This document shows positions 18,335 to 27,459 of a stretch of DNA of 64,000 bases, piece by piece. A program made the translations under genes and the position numbers. Each line of letters starts with the position of its first letter. Within the stretch, counting starts at the first letter, position 1. Below the pieces are notes generated by a model. That model saw nothing but the letters and a program-made list of their open reading frames with translations, was not told the origin of the DNA and ran no database searches. This DNA comes from Klebsiella phage fENko-Kae01, in the sequence record OR228459.1; one strand, 5' to 3'.

Positions 18335-18363
18335 TTGACGTTTAATACGTTGGCTGCTATAAT
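18335..18363 (+). promoter_or_regulatory. sigma70-type promoter TTGACG-N17-TATAAT
   Basis: Consensus spacing. Confidence 0.6.
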
Positions 18364-18393
18364 TTCTATACTTAATCAAAGGAGAATAATATC

Positions 18394-18750
18394 ATGAGAC
18401 ACCGTTCCGAATTCATTCGCAACCGTACTGAATATCTAATGAATAAAGGCATAGATGTAGATACTGCTTCCAAGCAAGCAAATCTTGATTTCCGTAGTAT
18501 GACTGAGTTGGCGGCTGAATGTGTAATGACTTGTGCTGATGAAGAACTTCCCGGTAAAGGTAATACTCGTTGTAATCGTACAGCTTGTCAAAGTGATAAG
18601 CATGTGTTATTTTATAATTTCGTTATGGGAAAGAATTATTGCGTCAATTGTGCAACTGATATTCGTTTCTGTAACAATCTTAACAAATTAGATTTATACC
18701 CTGAGTACAATAAATCTTTGGATAAACTGTTAGAGGACAATGCAAAATGA
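18394..18750 (+). CDS. Cys-rich putative zinc-binding protein
   Basis: 118 aa; CVMTCAD...CNRTAC...CVNC cysteine clusters. Confidence 0.55.
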   Translation: MRHRSEFIRNRTEYLMNKGIDVDTASKQANLDFRSMTELAAECVMTCADEELPGKGNTRCNRTACQSDKHVLFYNFVMGKNYCVNCATDIRFCNNLNKLDLYPEYNKSLDKLLEDNAK

Positions 18751-18995
18751 GTCAAGCTGAAATCACCGCAGACATTATCATCACTGAACAGCAACACATT
18801 GAAGAACTCCGTATGCACATCAAAGACCTGTACCAGCAAGTTTCTGATGGTCTAATGGAAAGTGGTAATGTAGTTACTAAGGCTATTGAAAATCTGTACA
18901 AAGAGATCGATGCATCCTTTAATAAAAAAAGTAAGTACGAACAGAACGTACTAGCACTTAAACGTCAAATCTTCAAAGAATTGGGAGTACTGTAA
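18747..18995 (+). CDS. hypothetical protein
   Basis: ATGA overlap, 82 aa. Confidence 0.5.
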   Translation: MSQAEITADIIITEQQHIEELRMHIKDLYQQVSDGLMESGNVVTKAIENLYKEIDASFNKKSKYEQNVLALKRQIFKELGVL

Positions 18996-19286
18996 ATGTT
19001 CAAGAGCTTTGCCCCTTGGGATAAAAAACCAGAAGAAAATGGTGCATACATCGTTGTGGTCTATTCTCGTGATGGTGTACCAGTGATGCGTATTGCATTT
19101 TATGATGTTGAGTCAAATACGTGGACACAGCAGCATATTGAAGAATATGGGTATTCCACTACTTCCAAACTTAACGACAACATTATTTCTTATTATAAGA
19201 AAATTGATGGTGTTTCTTTTGAGGTAATCCCTGAATCCTATAAGATCAAAATGGATGGGGTTAAACTTAACGAAGATGACGAATGA
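18996..19286 (+). CDS. hypothetical protein
   Basis: TAAATG junction, 96 aa. Confidence 0.5.
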   Translation: MFKSFAPWDKKPEENGAYIVVVYSRDGVPVMRIAFYDVESNTWTQQHIEEYGYSTTSKLNDNIISYYKKIDGVSFEVIPESYKIKMDGVKLNEDDE

Positions 19287-19786
19287 CAACAATCTACGTT
19301 AACCACAAATTGGGTGTCGTAATGACCGACACCCGTACTACAACTACAGTACAAGAAACATTTCTAGGTATCCCAATAGCAACGTATGATACATTCAATG
19401 ATGATGGTGTAAAAGCTATTAATGTACATGATCGTATCTTTGTTGAAAGTGGTTCATGTGAAGAGAGTACTAAAATTCTTCAGTACTTAGCACATGGAAC
19501 ACCGATTAAACCTGCACCAAAAAAGTATAAACTTCTAAGTAATTGTTTTCTAGTGGATAAGAATTGGCTACTCCAAATTTATATCCAGAAAGGTAAGGTA
19601 CATAAGCGTTTCCACGTTGTAAAAGAAGACTCTTGGTATTGCACTGGAAGCGGTAGCAATGCGTTGTATGAAGCATTAAAGGTTTATGACTTTAAGCCAA
19701 CGTTAGAAGAAGCTATATCGGCCTTTAAGACCGTTCATTTCAGTGATCGTTTTACAAGCAATCAGGTACTGATTTACAAAATCTGA
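19283..19786 (+). CDS. hypothetical protein
   Basis: ATGA overlap, 167 aa. Confidence 0.55.
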   Translation: MTTIYVNHKLGVVMTDTRTTTTVQETFLGIPIATYDTFNDDGVKAINVHDRIFVESGSCEESTKILQYLAHGTPIKPAPKKYKLLSNCFLVDKNWLLQIYIQKGKVHKRFHVVKEDSWYCTGSGSNALYEALKVYDFKPTLEEAISAFKTVHFSDRFTSNQVLIYKI

Positions 19787-19845
19787 TTGACACAAATTTT
19801 AAATATTAGTATTATAGATGCCAGCAACAAAGCTGGCATTTTTTT
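19787..19845 (+). promoter_or_regulatory. promoter (TTGACA-N17-TATTAT) immediately followed by GC hairpin + U7 (terminator/attenuator-like leader)
   Basis: GCCAGC-AACAAA-GCTGGC + T7 located at predicted +1..+25 of the transcript feeding the sigma-factor gene. Confidence 0.5.
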
Positions 19846-19864
19846 ATCAAATTAGGAGTTATGC

Positions 19865-20833
19865 GTGAAAAAACTAAATCTAGAATCTATCCACGATGAA
19901 GTACTAGACGAATGTTTCCACAATGAGAACAATACTGTAAAAAGTTTGCTTCAAAGTTCGGCTGATGATATTGATGATGAAAGCACCGCAGTTGTAAGCA
20001 GTGAAGCATACAATACAAAAGAACGTTTGCCAGCAGGTTTGACCAACGAAATTCTTATTGACCGCATTAACAGCGGTATTGATGTGGCTAAAAACATGGA
20101 CATGCTAGTACGTTGCAACAGTGGTTTAGTTTATGCAATTGCTCGTAAATGTACTTGTAACATTCAATTCCAAGATAAAGTACAATATGGTTTCGAAGGA
20201 TTGATACATGCAATCCGCAAATTCGATACTTCTAAAAAAACCAGCTTTAGTACTTATGCTACTACTGCAATCAGGCAGACTATGTATAACTACGGTAACG
20301 AAGAGTCTCGTATGGTAGCACTACCCAAGTATCAATCAGTTAACAACGTAACGATTCAGAACTTCATTGAGCGTTTCATTGCAAACAACGGTCGTAACCC
20401 AACGCATGAGCAGATTTCAGAAGGTACTGGTATTGACCTAACTTCAGTATCTCGTGTAATGAAATACACAAGCAATGCAATCAGTCTTGATACACCAGTT
20501 AATGAAGATGGGTCTGTAATGCTTCAGGACGTGATTAAAGGTGAAAGCGAAGACTTCCATTTAGATCCGGGTCTAATCACCGATGAGAGCATTATGAACG
20601 AACTTTTGGAAGTAATTTTTCATGACCTATCGCCAGATGATCGTGCATTAGTTGAAGCAGTACACGGCTTGAATCACGAAGATGAAAAATCTTTTTGGAC
20701 TCTAGCATCGGAAGGTTTTGTTTACACTGATAGTAAAGGGCGTCAATATTCTTCACGTACCTCTTTACATCGCTGCTACAATGATGTAGTATCACGTATT
20801 CGTCGTCATATGAATGAGCGTGGTATCAAATGA
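19865..20833 (+). CDS. sigma-70 family RNA polymerase sigma factor
   Basis: Region 2 FEGLIHAIRKFDTSKKTSFSTYATTAIRQTM matches sigma70 2.2-2.4; region 3/4-like C-terminus; GTG start after AGGAG. Confidence 0.8.
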   Translation: MKKLNLESIHDEVLDECFHNENNTVKSLLQSSADDIDDESTAVVSSEAYNTKERLPAGLTNEILIDRINSGIDVAKNMDMLVRCNSGLVYAIARKCTCNIQFQDKVQYGFEGLIHAIRKFDTSKKTSFSTYATTAIRQTMYNYGNEESRMVALPKYQSVNNVTIQNFIERFIANNGRNPTHEQISEGTGIDLTSVSRVMKYTSNAISLDTPVNEDGSVMLQDVIKGESEDFHLDPGLITDESIMNELLEVIFHDLSPDDRALVEAVHGLNHEDEKSFWTLASEGFVYTDSKGRQYSSRTSLHRCYNDVVSRIRRHMNERGIK

Positions 20834-21159
20834 AAATAGATGCGTTGGGTGTTGGTATTGTGTTAGCAGTGGTAGGAATACTTTCCATGCCATTCTGGAA
20901 GCCACCACTTGATAAGATTGTGTTGAATGCACTTGATAATCCATATAAGTGCAATATGATTGTTGCGAAAACCGATGGTGAAGTAGTTAGTTCTCATGAA
21001 ATCATAAAACGTTCGACATTGGTTGAATATAAATCCAAAAAGAGTGTATTAGATGGTGTGAATCTATATCCTTATTTGGAATTTAATGACACATTTAGTA
21101 CTAATGCAGTACCGAATGCGTCTATTCAATCAGCGTTGGTATTGTGTTCAAAGGTTTAA
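20830..21159 (+). CDS. hypothetical protein with N-terminal TM helix
   Basis: ATGA overlap. Confidence 0.5.
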   Translation: MKIDALGVGIVLAVVGILSMPFWKPPLDKIVLNALDNPYKCNMIVAKTDGEVVSSHEIIKRSTLVEYKSKKSVLDGVNLYPYLEFNDTFSTNAVPNASIQSALVLCSKV

Positions 21160-21163
21160 AAAT

Positions 21164-21200
21164 AAAGGGTTGACTTCGGTCAGCCCTTTTGTTATTATAT
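21164..21200 (+). promoter_or_regulatory. UUCG-tetraloop hairpin terminator fused to promoter (TTGACT inside stem, 17 bp, TATTAT)
   Basis: AAAGGGTTGAC-TTCG-GTCAGCCC-TTTT-G-TTATTATAT; family of 9 copies. Confidence 0.65.
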
Positions 21201-21229
21201 GTCTACACCAACTGATGAGGATTAATTAA

Positions 21230-21556
21230 ATGAAACATTCGACTTTTGACAAACAAGAAATTATGTCTCTTTTGTTCAACAATGAACAAGTCTATATCGA
21301 GCTACCATTCAATGACCATAGTGGTATGATGATCTCACGTACCATCTCTCACTTCCACGGATATAAGAAGCAACCAAATATTGAAGTTCGTTTTTATGAA
21401 AAAGACGGGAATTATATGTCATATGCAACAGAATACTTCAATGTATATAATATTGAAAACGCCACTGATGCAGTTCTTTCTCGCTATTACAGTGAAGATC
21501 CATTAGTGTATTCAAAATATAGTACTGATTTCGAATCAACCTTTGTGAAAGAATAA
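21230..21556 (+). CDS. hypothetical protein
   Basis: 108 aa. Confidence 0.55.
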   Translation: MKHSTFDKQEIMSLLFNNEQVYIELPFNDHSGMMISRTISHFHGYKKQPNIEVRFYEKDGNYMSYATEYFNVYNIENATDAVLSRYYSEDPLVYSKYSTDFESTFVKE

Positions 21557-21576
21557 CACGACAAGGAATCATAATA

Positions 21577-21852
21577 ATGCAAGTAATAAAAATTGAATAT
21601 GAAGTAACTGACCATAAACTTGGTGGCAATTATCATTTCACTGAAATTGCAGCGAATGTTGATGCGGCGGTCACATACTTAGAAAAGAACTTCACTGGAC
21701 TAGTAGATGTTACTACTAATATGGTAGATTATAGTGATAATCCACCAGTAAGAGTATACCATCATACAAAAGAACGTGTAGATGAAGACGGTGATTGGGA
21801 TTACCCACGCGAAACAAAAATCGAATTATACTTTGAAGAGGTTATCGAATAA
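21577..21852 (+). CDS. hypothetical protein
   Basis: 91 aa, AAGGAATCATAATAATG RBS. Confidence 0.5.
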   Translation: MQVIKIEYEVTDHKLGGNYHFTEIAANVDAAVTYLEKNFTGLVDVTTNMVDYSDNPPVRVYHHTKERVDEDGDWDYPRETKIELYFEEVIE

Positions 21853-22139
21853 TGAAAGGTATCAAAGAAGATGACCAATTACGTTCAGTACTAGAAAAAG
21901 ATTATAATGATATTGTAAACTTTAAGTACTGTGGTGATGAGTACAAAAAGAATACAAAAATACGTGATTTCTTGAATAATATCTTTACAGCTAATATCAA
22001 AGCGGTGTATACTGTCAATTCCAAGACTAACATTGATAATGGATGGGATTGGAGCGGGGAAATCGTTATCATAGTTAATGGTAAAGGTAAAGTAATTATC
22101 ATGTCTAATTCTGAATGGTCTTCTATCCGCTTACTTTAA
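21852..22139 (+). CDS. hypothetical protein
   Basis: TAATG overlap. Confidence 0.5.
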   Translation: MKGIKEDDQLRSVLEKDYNDIVNFKYCGDEYKKNTKIRDFLNNIFTANIKAVYTVNSKTNIDNGWDWSGEIVIIVNGKGKVIIMSNSEWSSIRLL

Positions 22140-22148
22140 GGAATTAAA

Positions 22149-22460
22149 ATGAAAGGTACTACAATCATAATCAGCATTTTATTTGTATTATTCGGAATTG
22201 GTGTTAAAACTGTTGTACAGAAAGCAATGGTTCAAGATTTAAATTGTGAAGTGCGTGTAATCTACGATGATTATCGTATTAATGTAAACACCGGAACATT
22301 CCAGTCAGATGAACTTGATAAAATTGTTGAATATGGTGGTGCTATGCTCGGTGAACACATCAATGATTTGAAGAAAGTCAATAAAGGTTTGTATGCTGGA
22401 TCAGGTAAGAAACATGATGATGTATTGGCATCGGTCGTAACATGTAAAAAAGTAGAATAA
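22149..22460 (+). CDS. hypothetical protein (signal/TM N-terminus)
   Basis: 103 aa. Confidence 0.5.
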   Translation: MKGTTIIISILFVLFGIGVKTVVQKAMVQDLNCEVRVIYDDYRINVNTGTFQSDELDKIVEYGGAMLGEHINDLKKVNKGLYAGSGKKHDDVLASVVTCKKVE

Positions 22461-22467
22461 ATTAAAG

Positions 22468-22506
22468 CAAAGGGTTGACTTCGGTCAGCCCTTTTGTTAT
22501 TATATC
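22468..22506 (+). promoter_or_regulatory. UUCG-hairpin terminator/promoter element (copy 2)
   Basis: Identical core AAAGGGTTGACTTCGGTCAGCCCTTTTGTTATTATAT. Confidence 0.65.
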
Positions 22507-22535
22507 TACAACGAAACGAATATTAAGAGGAAATC

Positions 22536-22961
22536 ATGTCAGCCCTTAAAACTAAAGATGGCATTGCACCCGGTAAAATTATGTACCACGTATACGGTAC
22601 AGTACTTGCAAAAAGAAGACATAAACTTACTGAAGATAATATCGACGTTCACATTGAACGTTGTATTATTACGTCTTTCCCGAAATATTATCATTACAGC
22701 TTAAGTACTCGTACTGATAGTTTGTTCGTTGATTGTATTATGTTTGGGACGATGGGAGAGTTTCGGAGTGGGTTTAGTCTTAAAGATTGTGGTATTGGTA
22801 ATAAAAAGAATTACAACCTAAATCGGCTGTTCACTTCAATTGGTGATGCACGTGAATTCATTGGTGAAATCATGGAGGGAAAGTTCTTTGACGTTGAAGA
22901 ACAAATGTTGTATAATGAAGAAAAATACTATTATGACATTTGTAATAGCATTACACTTTAA
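22536..22961 (+). CDS. hypothetical protein
   Basis: 141 aa, AAGAGGAAATCATG RBS. Confidence 0.55.
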   Translation: MSALKTKDGIAPGKIMYHVYGTVLAKRRHKLTEDNIDVHIERCIITSFPKYYHYSLSTRTDSLFVDCIMFGTMGEFRSGFSLKDCGIGNKKNYNLNRLFTSIGDAREFIGEIMEGKFFDVEEQMLYNEEKYYYDICNSITL

Positions 22962-22970
22962 GGAGAAATT

Positions 22971-23264
22971 ATGAAATATGATGTTATCATTCGTACTGAA
23001 CAGACTATCCCATCTTTGAAGTACATCCATAAAGATGACCAATTTGATGAAGAACGTAGTCAAGAATTAGAACGCAGTATTCTACGTATTTTCAATAAGG
23101 CATATCGCCCACATGGTATCGAATTAGTACCACATGAGGTTGAGTACTTGCACTTTACTATTCGTACTCTAAACTATGATGGTGAATGTAAGACGGATGA
23201 ACTACGTATAGCGTATCATTTCTTCACTGGTATCTGTGAAGCCTTAGAACTTAAAGTTGCATAA
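22971..23264 (+). CDS. hypothetical protein
   Basis: 97 aa, AAGGAGAAATTATG RBS. Confidence 0.5.
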   Translation: MKYDVIIRTEQTIPSLKYIHKDDQFDEERSQELERSILRIFNKAYRPHGIELVPHEVEYLHFTIRTLNYDGECKTDELRIAYHFFTGICEALELKVA

Positions 23265-23286
23265 ACCAGATAAATGAGGATTTAAT

Positions 23287-23616
23287 ATGCCTATTCCATT
23301 ATTCCATGAAACAAATACATTCACCGTATATAAAAAGAATGAAGAACTAAAGAGAATCAACTTCACTGGTCACAAAGTTGGTTTGTATTATAAATTATAT
23401 TCAGTACTAAAAAAGAAGCATGACTACCATTTACAAACATCAACAGTGCGTGATATTACCGGACGTGTATTAATGAATGGTAATTTCATAGATATCTTAA
23501 TGCGGTTGATTGAAGAACTTAAGAAAAAATATAAGTACTCAATCATTAGTTACAAAGGGAAGGTATTGAAGTCTATCATTGGTATGATGACGAAGAAGGT
23601 GTTGCCTCACAACTAA
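23287..23616 (+). CDS. hypothetical protein
   Basis: 109 aa, GAGGATTTAATATG RBS. Confidence 0.5.
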   Translation: MPIPLFHETNTFTVYKKNEELKRINFTGHKVGLYYKLYSVLKKKHDYHLQTSTVRDITGRVLMNGNFIDILMRLIEELKKKYKYSIISYKGKVLKSIIGMMTKKVLPHN

Positions 23617-23900
23617 TGAATTTAAAAGAGAAGTATACTAAAAGTGGTGATCCACGTTTATTCCGCAAAGTACAAGTACTTGACAACGAATCCCAACGTA
23701 GTACGTATGAAAGTCTTGATGATCTAATTGATATGTTCCGAACTACCAAAGATGCTAAAGAACCAGAATTTGGTGTATACCTTAGCTTTGAAGAAGTACT
23801 AGAAGATATGCGTCCATTTATTGTTAATGGTTCAGACAAAGAAAAGATTGAAGCTAAAGCAATCTTGGCTTATGTTGCTGCTAAACTAGCGGAGAAATAG
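23616..23900 (+). CDS. hypothetical protein
   Basis: ATGA overlap, 94 aa. Confidence 0.5.
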   Translation: MNLKEKYTKSGDPRLFRKVQVLDNESQRSTYESLDDLIDMFRTTKDAKEPEFGVYLSFEEVLEDMRPFIVNGSDKEKIEAKAILAYVAAKLAEK

Positions 23901-23932
23901 TTGGGACAAACATGAATTAATGTCCTATAATA
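23900..23932 (+). promoter_or_regulatory. class-G promoter (TTGGGACAAA ... TGTCCTATAAT)
   Basis: Fourth copy; drives GC-rich island transcript. Confidence 0.55.
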
Positions 23933-24033
23933 AGATATAAACCGATTACGGGGAGTCCAATGGACTCCCTGATGTTGTTATTCCTGATCCACTTGAAAAT
24001 GTAAAGGGCAGATGAGTTGATAATCGCAACGAA

Positions 24034-24327
24034 GTGCAGATGAAACCCGCTCGGCGGCAATGCGGCACTATAAACGAGAACGTAAGGCACGTAACCTCGC
24101 TAGATAGACATATGAGAGTACTCACCAGATTGCTAAGGGAGTTTATTAAAGGGTTAGTCACACCCATAATAAACACATTCTATCGTGGACTGTATCGCGT
24201 TAGAATGAGTGTAGTAGGACTACGACCGTTGCATAGAACAGAGATAGGGAGAAACAGGGCAACTCGCTTCCGTGTCATTGACAATTCTCTATACAGTAAA
24301 GCCGATGCCACCAGCGTCAAGTTTTAA
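24034..24327 (+). CDS. possible Arg-rich small basic protein (or non-coding structured RNA region)
   Basis: 97-aa ORF in ~50% GC island, no good RBS, 100-nt structured leader. Confidence 0.3.
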   Translation: MQMKPARRQCGTINENVRHVTSLDRHMRVLTRLLREFIKGLVTPIINTFYRGLYRVRMSVVGLRPLHRTEIGRNRATRFRVIDNSLYSKADATSVKF

Positions 24328-24475
24328 TTCTTCCTCCCCAGCGGGGGGATGAAATTGCCTCTACAAACCTCGTCAATATAAAAGGTTGACATAATCAAAT
24401 AAATGAATTACACTGAACGAAGTGAAGAGTAATTCCGTTGCTATCGAAGATAGTAACGTTTGATAGGAGTTCAAA

Positions 24476-25342
24476 ATGATCCACCTAAAATTATCAATTC
24501 CAGATATGGATTATGCCAATCTCAATCCTGATTTTTATCCATACATTGACTGGAATAAATTGCGAGATACAGAAATCTCATTAATGCCGAAAGATGTAAT
24601 TCTATATGCACCAATTCGTAAAATCATTTCCCATTTAGGTACACAAGAAAAATCAGGTACAAGTGATATCCAAGTACTAGAAGTAATCGCACGTTGCTTT
24701 AATGAATTGAATGAAAAAAAACATTTATTTTCACGCGATGTAGATTTGTTCAACTTCATTAATGAATTTTGTAGTTTTGAATTTCGTAAGAAATATCATA
24801 GACAATTACTTGCTAAACGCCACCCAGAACATACATATCAGTTTGTCTGTACATTGGTCGCAGATTATATTGTTGGTTTGGAGTTTTTAGATAAACTACC
24901 TTACCATAAAATGACAATTGATGTATTCAACAAACTAAAACTGGAAGATATGAGAAAATTAATCTTCAATACTAATTACATTCAAAATACATTAACATAT
25001 CAAGTACCGATGGATGAAGCCGCTTTTGCATTACCATCGTCTGATTTAGAAAAATTAAAAATGCCAGTTCCCCGAAATGTTATGTTTACAAAAACACTAC
25101 AGAAATTATGCACGAGTGAACAGTTTTCGGTAGTTGTAAAACAACAAGAAGAAATTAATTGGGATGAAATGGTTAACTTATACCATAAATGTGAAATAGT
25201 ATACAGTGACTTATTTCTAGTTTGGAAAAAGTTTATTGAAGAAAGTAATGAGGATTATATTCGCGATTCTGAAGAATTTGTAAGAGAATCTTTCAACAAC
25301 AACTTTGATAGAAGTTACTTTAATATTAAGGATTACTTATGA
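24476..25342 (+). CDS. hypothetical protein
   Basis: 288 aa, TAGGAGTTCAAAATG RBS. Confidence 0.6.
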   Translation: MIHLKLSIPDMDYANLNPDFYPYIDWNKLRDTEISLMPKDVILYAPIRKIISHLGTQEKSGTSDIQVLEVIARCFNELNEKKHLFSRDVDLFNFINEFCSFEFRKKYHRQLLAKRHPEHTYQFVCTLVADYIVGLEFLDKLPYHKMTIDVFNKLKLEDMRKLIFNTNYIQNTLTYQVPMDEAAFALPSSDLEKLKMPVPRNVMFTKTLQKLCTSEQFSVVVKQQEEINWDEMVNLYHKCEIVYSDLFLVWKKFIEESNEDYIRDSEEFVRESFNNNFDRSYFNIKDYL

Positions 25343-25635
25343 TTCTAAACATTTTTGTACTAATGATTGTTTTCATCCCTTTTTGGACTTCACTAGTCTA
25401 TAAACACTCAACTTGGATTACTAAAGTAATGGTGTTCATTTGGTGTTCGTTGGTTGCATTTGTATTGTTCATGGTACGGGATGCTTCTATATCACTTGAA
25501 CAGTACGGATATCCAATTGATTGGTTCCCAATAACGTTAATATGTTCTTGGTTTATATTTGGACAATTTATTGGTTTAAAGGCAGTATTATCTGAATTAC
25601 CCCGGTACAATTCTCTAAATAGTACTAATGATTAA
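25339..25635 (+). CDS. hypothetical multi-TM membrane protein
   Basis: ATGA overlap; hydrophobic. Confidence 0.5.
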   Translation: MILNIFVLMIVFIPFWTSLVYKHSTWITKVMVFIWCSLVAFVLFMVRDASISLEQYGYPIDWFPITLICSWFIFGQFIGLKAVLSELPRYNSLNSTND

Positions 25636-25655
25636 ATCTTTTTAGGAGAATTTAT

Positions 25656-26036
25656 ATGGCACACGACCAATGGGATCGCAAAGATCCGTCACATGATGTA
25701 GATGCATCGAAACTAGACGACAAACACAAAACCAAGTACTTTGATGAATTGGGGCTATTGAAGCCAGATCAATCTCTTTCGCATGATCGTCCTTCACGTG
25801 AGAAGTCTTTCAGTCTAGAATCATTAGGCCATGAGCTACGTGAAGTTTTCAGTAATCACCCAATCTATGTGCGTGACATTATTGAAAAACTCAAGGTAAC
25901 ACCAAAAGAACACTTTAAAGCCACAGTACACGCCGCTTTCAAAGCACTACACGAAGCACGTGGCAGTGAGCGTAAGATCCATGCTGCAATCATTGACGCG
26001 ATTGAGTCAGTGAAGCACAAATTTAGTAAGAAATAA
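25656..26036 (+). CDS. hypothetical protein
   Basis: 126 aa, TAGGAGAATTTATATG RBS. Confidence 0.55.
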   Translation: MAHDQWDRKDPSHDVDASKLDDKHKTKYFDELGLLKPDQSLSHDRPSREKSFSLESLGHELREVFSNHPIYVRDIIEKLKVTPKEHFKATVHAAFKALHEARGSERKIHAAIIDAIESVKHKFSKK

Positions 26037-26040
26037 CACA

Positions 26041-26078
26041 AAAGGGTTGACGAGAGTCAGCCCTTTTTCGTATAATAA
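26041..26078 (+). promoter_or_regulatory. GNRA-type hairpin terminator/promoter element (AAAGGGTTGAC-GAGA-GTCAGCCC-T5 ... TATAAT)
   Basis: Same stem as UUCG family with different tetraloop. Confidence 0.6.
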
Positions 26079-26111
26079 GAGTATCGAAACAAAACTATTA
26101 AGGAAATCATA

Positions 26112-27071
26112 ATGCCACATTTCACTTTTGCAGAACCAACACAAACCAGTACTAAAAAGACAAAGGTTAAAACCGACAATGCTGCTGGTTTAATCTACAC
26201 TGCAATGAAGAAATCCAAGGTTCGTAATCCTAAATTTAAACCAGCATTTGTTGCTAGTTTACCACGTCAGCACAACTACTCTAAAACAGTACTTGTACTG
26301 TTGAATATGTATAAATCATCGGGTTCTTTGAAATGTTCCTGCTGTAATTCATCTGAAGCATACTTTGTAATACATGTCGAATGTGGTCGTGCAACATTTC
26401 GTGCTATGGTAGATACTAATAGTGGTCGTCAAGTCCTGACCGTTGACCATGATGTACTGAAATCGTTAGGCGGTAAAGATGAAGAACAAAACTACAATCC
26501 GTTGTGCTATAAATGCAATCAGATTCGTGGTTCTCGTTTCGCTGGATTTAAAGAATTCAAAGAATGGTATGATTCACAAGAAGTAATTGATACCATCAGT
26601 GGTTTACCATCAGCAAACTTCTGTCATATAGATTTTAAAAGTAATCTTAACAATAATATCCATTGTGAAACCATTAATGGTGCAACTGCGTTGCCACCAA
26701 ATATGATGAATGAACTTAAGAAAGAAATGCGTCGTGACCAATATGACATTTTCTCTAAACTATCGATAAAGATTTGGTTGAAGATGGATCGTGATAGTGC
26801 TAATACTATCTTAAATGAATTAGTACTCGAACGTATACAAAAACGTCACAACAAGAAACATATTAAATTACAAAATCATAACTTTTTTAACTACCAGAAG
26901 AATATTACTGATCATCGTAAAATAAAGATGCATATCGAAGAACAATTACGTGCACAGGTTCGCAAGTTACGTAATACACCAGTACATGTCAGTACTGAAG
27001 AAGTTAAAAAAGTCAATACTGCATTTAGTTTTAAAAATATTTGGTCAGCCTTGAAAAATATCTTTGCCTAA
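26112..27071 (+). CDS. HNH endonuclease-domain protein
   Basis: VDHDVLKSLGG...NYNPLCYKCNQIRG HNH motif; Cys-rich N-terminal region. Confidence 0.65.
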   Translation: MPHFTFAEPTQTSTKKTKVKTDNAAGLIYTAMKKSKVRNPKFKPAFVASLPRQHNYSKTVLVLLNMYKSSGSLKCSCCNSSEAYFVIHVECGRATFRAMVDTNSGRQVLTVDHDVLKSLGGKDEEQNYNPLCYKCNQIRGSRFAGFKEFKEWYDSQEVIDTISGLPSANFCHIDFKSNLNNNIHCETINGATALPPNMMNELKKEMRRDQYDIFSKLSIKIWLKMDRDSANTILNELVLERIQKRHNKKHIKLQNHNFFNYQKNITDHRKIKMHIEEQLRAQVRKLRNTPVHVSTEEVKKVNTAFSFKNIWSALKNIFA

Positions 27072-27074
27072 GTA

Positions 27075-27108
27075 TTGACACGATCAGGGAGTATGTTATA
27101 ATACTCCC
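27075..27108 (+). promoter_or_regulatory. promoter TTGACA-N16-TGTTATAAT with -10 in loop of GGGAGTAT/ATACTCCC hairpin
   Basis: Near-identical copy at 28381. Confidence 0.6.
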
Positions 27109-27131
27109 ATAGAAAATAAAGAGGACATATC

Positions 27132-27458
27132 ATGAATTATCAACTAGTACTTGCTGCATTAAATGAACTTAAATCTGGTCATATTGAAGACACCAGTAAA
27201 GGTATTTGTTTCAATCTAGCATGGAAACTTGATATGGATCGTAACAATCCATTGAACATGAGTACTCATTTCATTGAGGAAGCATTTACTTCAATTTTTG
27301 GTTCAGTACTGACTTCTCCAGTTGAAGGTGATATTATTTCGTATTTGAACAACAAAAATAAATGGGATAAAGAAACAGAAATGGGCTTGCGTCGTTTTGA
27401 TTTACTTGATAAAATGATTGCATACGCTGAAGAACAACTCAACAAAGAGGAAGCATAA
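27132..27458 (+). CDS. hypothetical protein
   Basis: 108 aa, AAGAGGACATATCATG RBS. Confidence 0.55.
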   Translation: MNYQLVLAALNELKSGHIEDTSKGICFNLAWKLDMDRNNPLNMSTHFIEEAFTSIFGSVLTSPVEGDIISYLNNKNKWDKETEMGLRRFDLLDKMIAYAEEQLNKEEA

Positions 27459-27459
27459 G

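Noticed and set aside
23946-24176. 76-aa minus-strand ORF in GC-rich island
   Set aside because: No promoter or RBS. Likely a by-product of GC-rich composition. The island is treated as a single anomaly instead.
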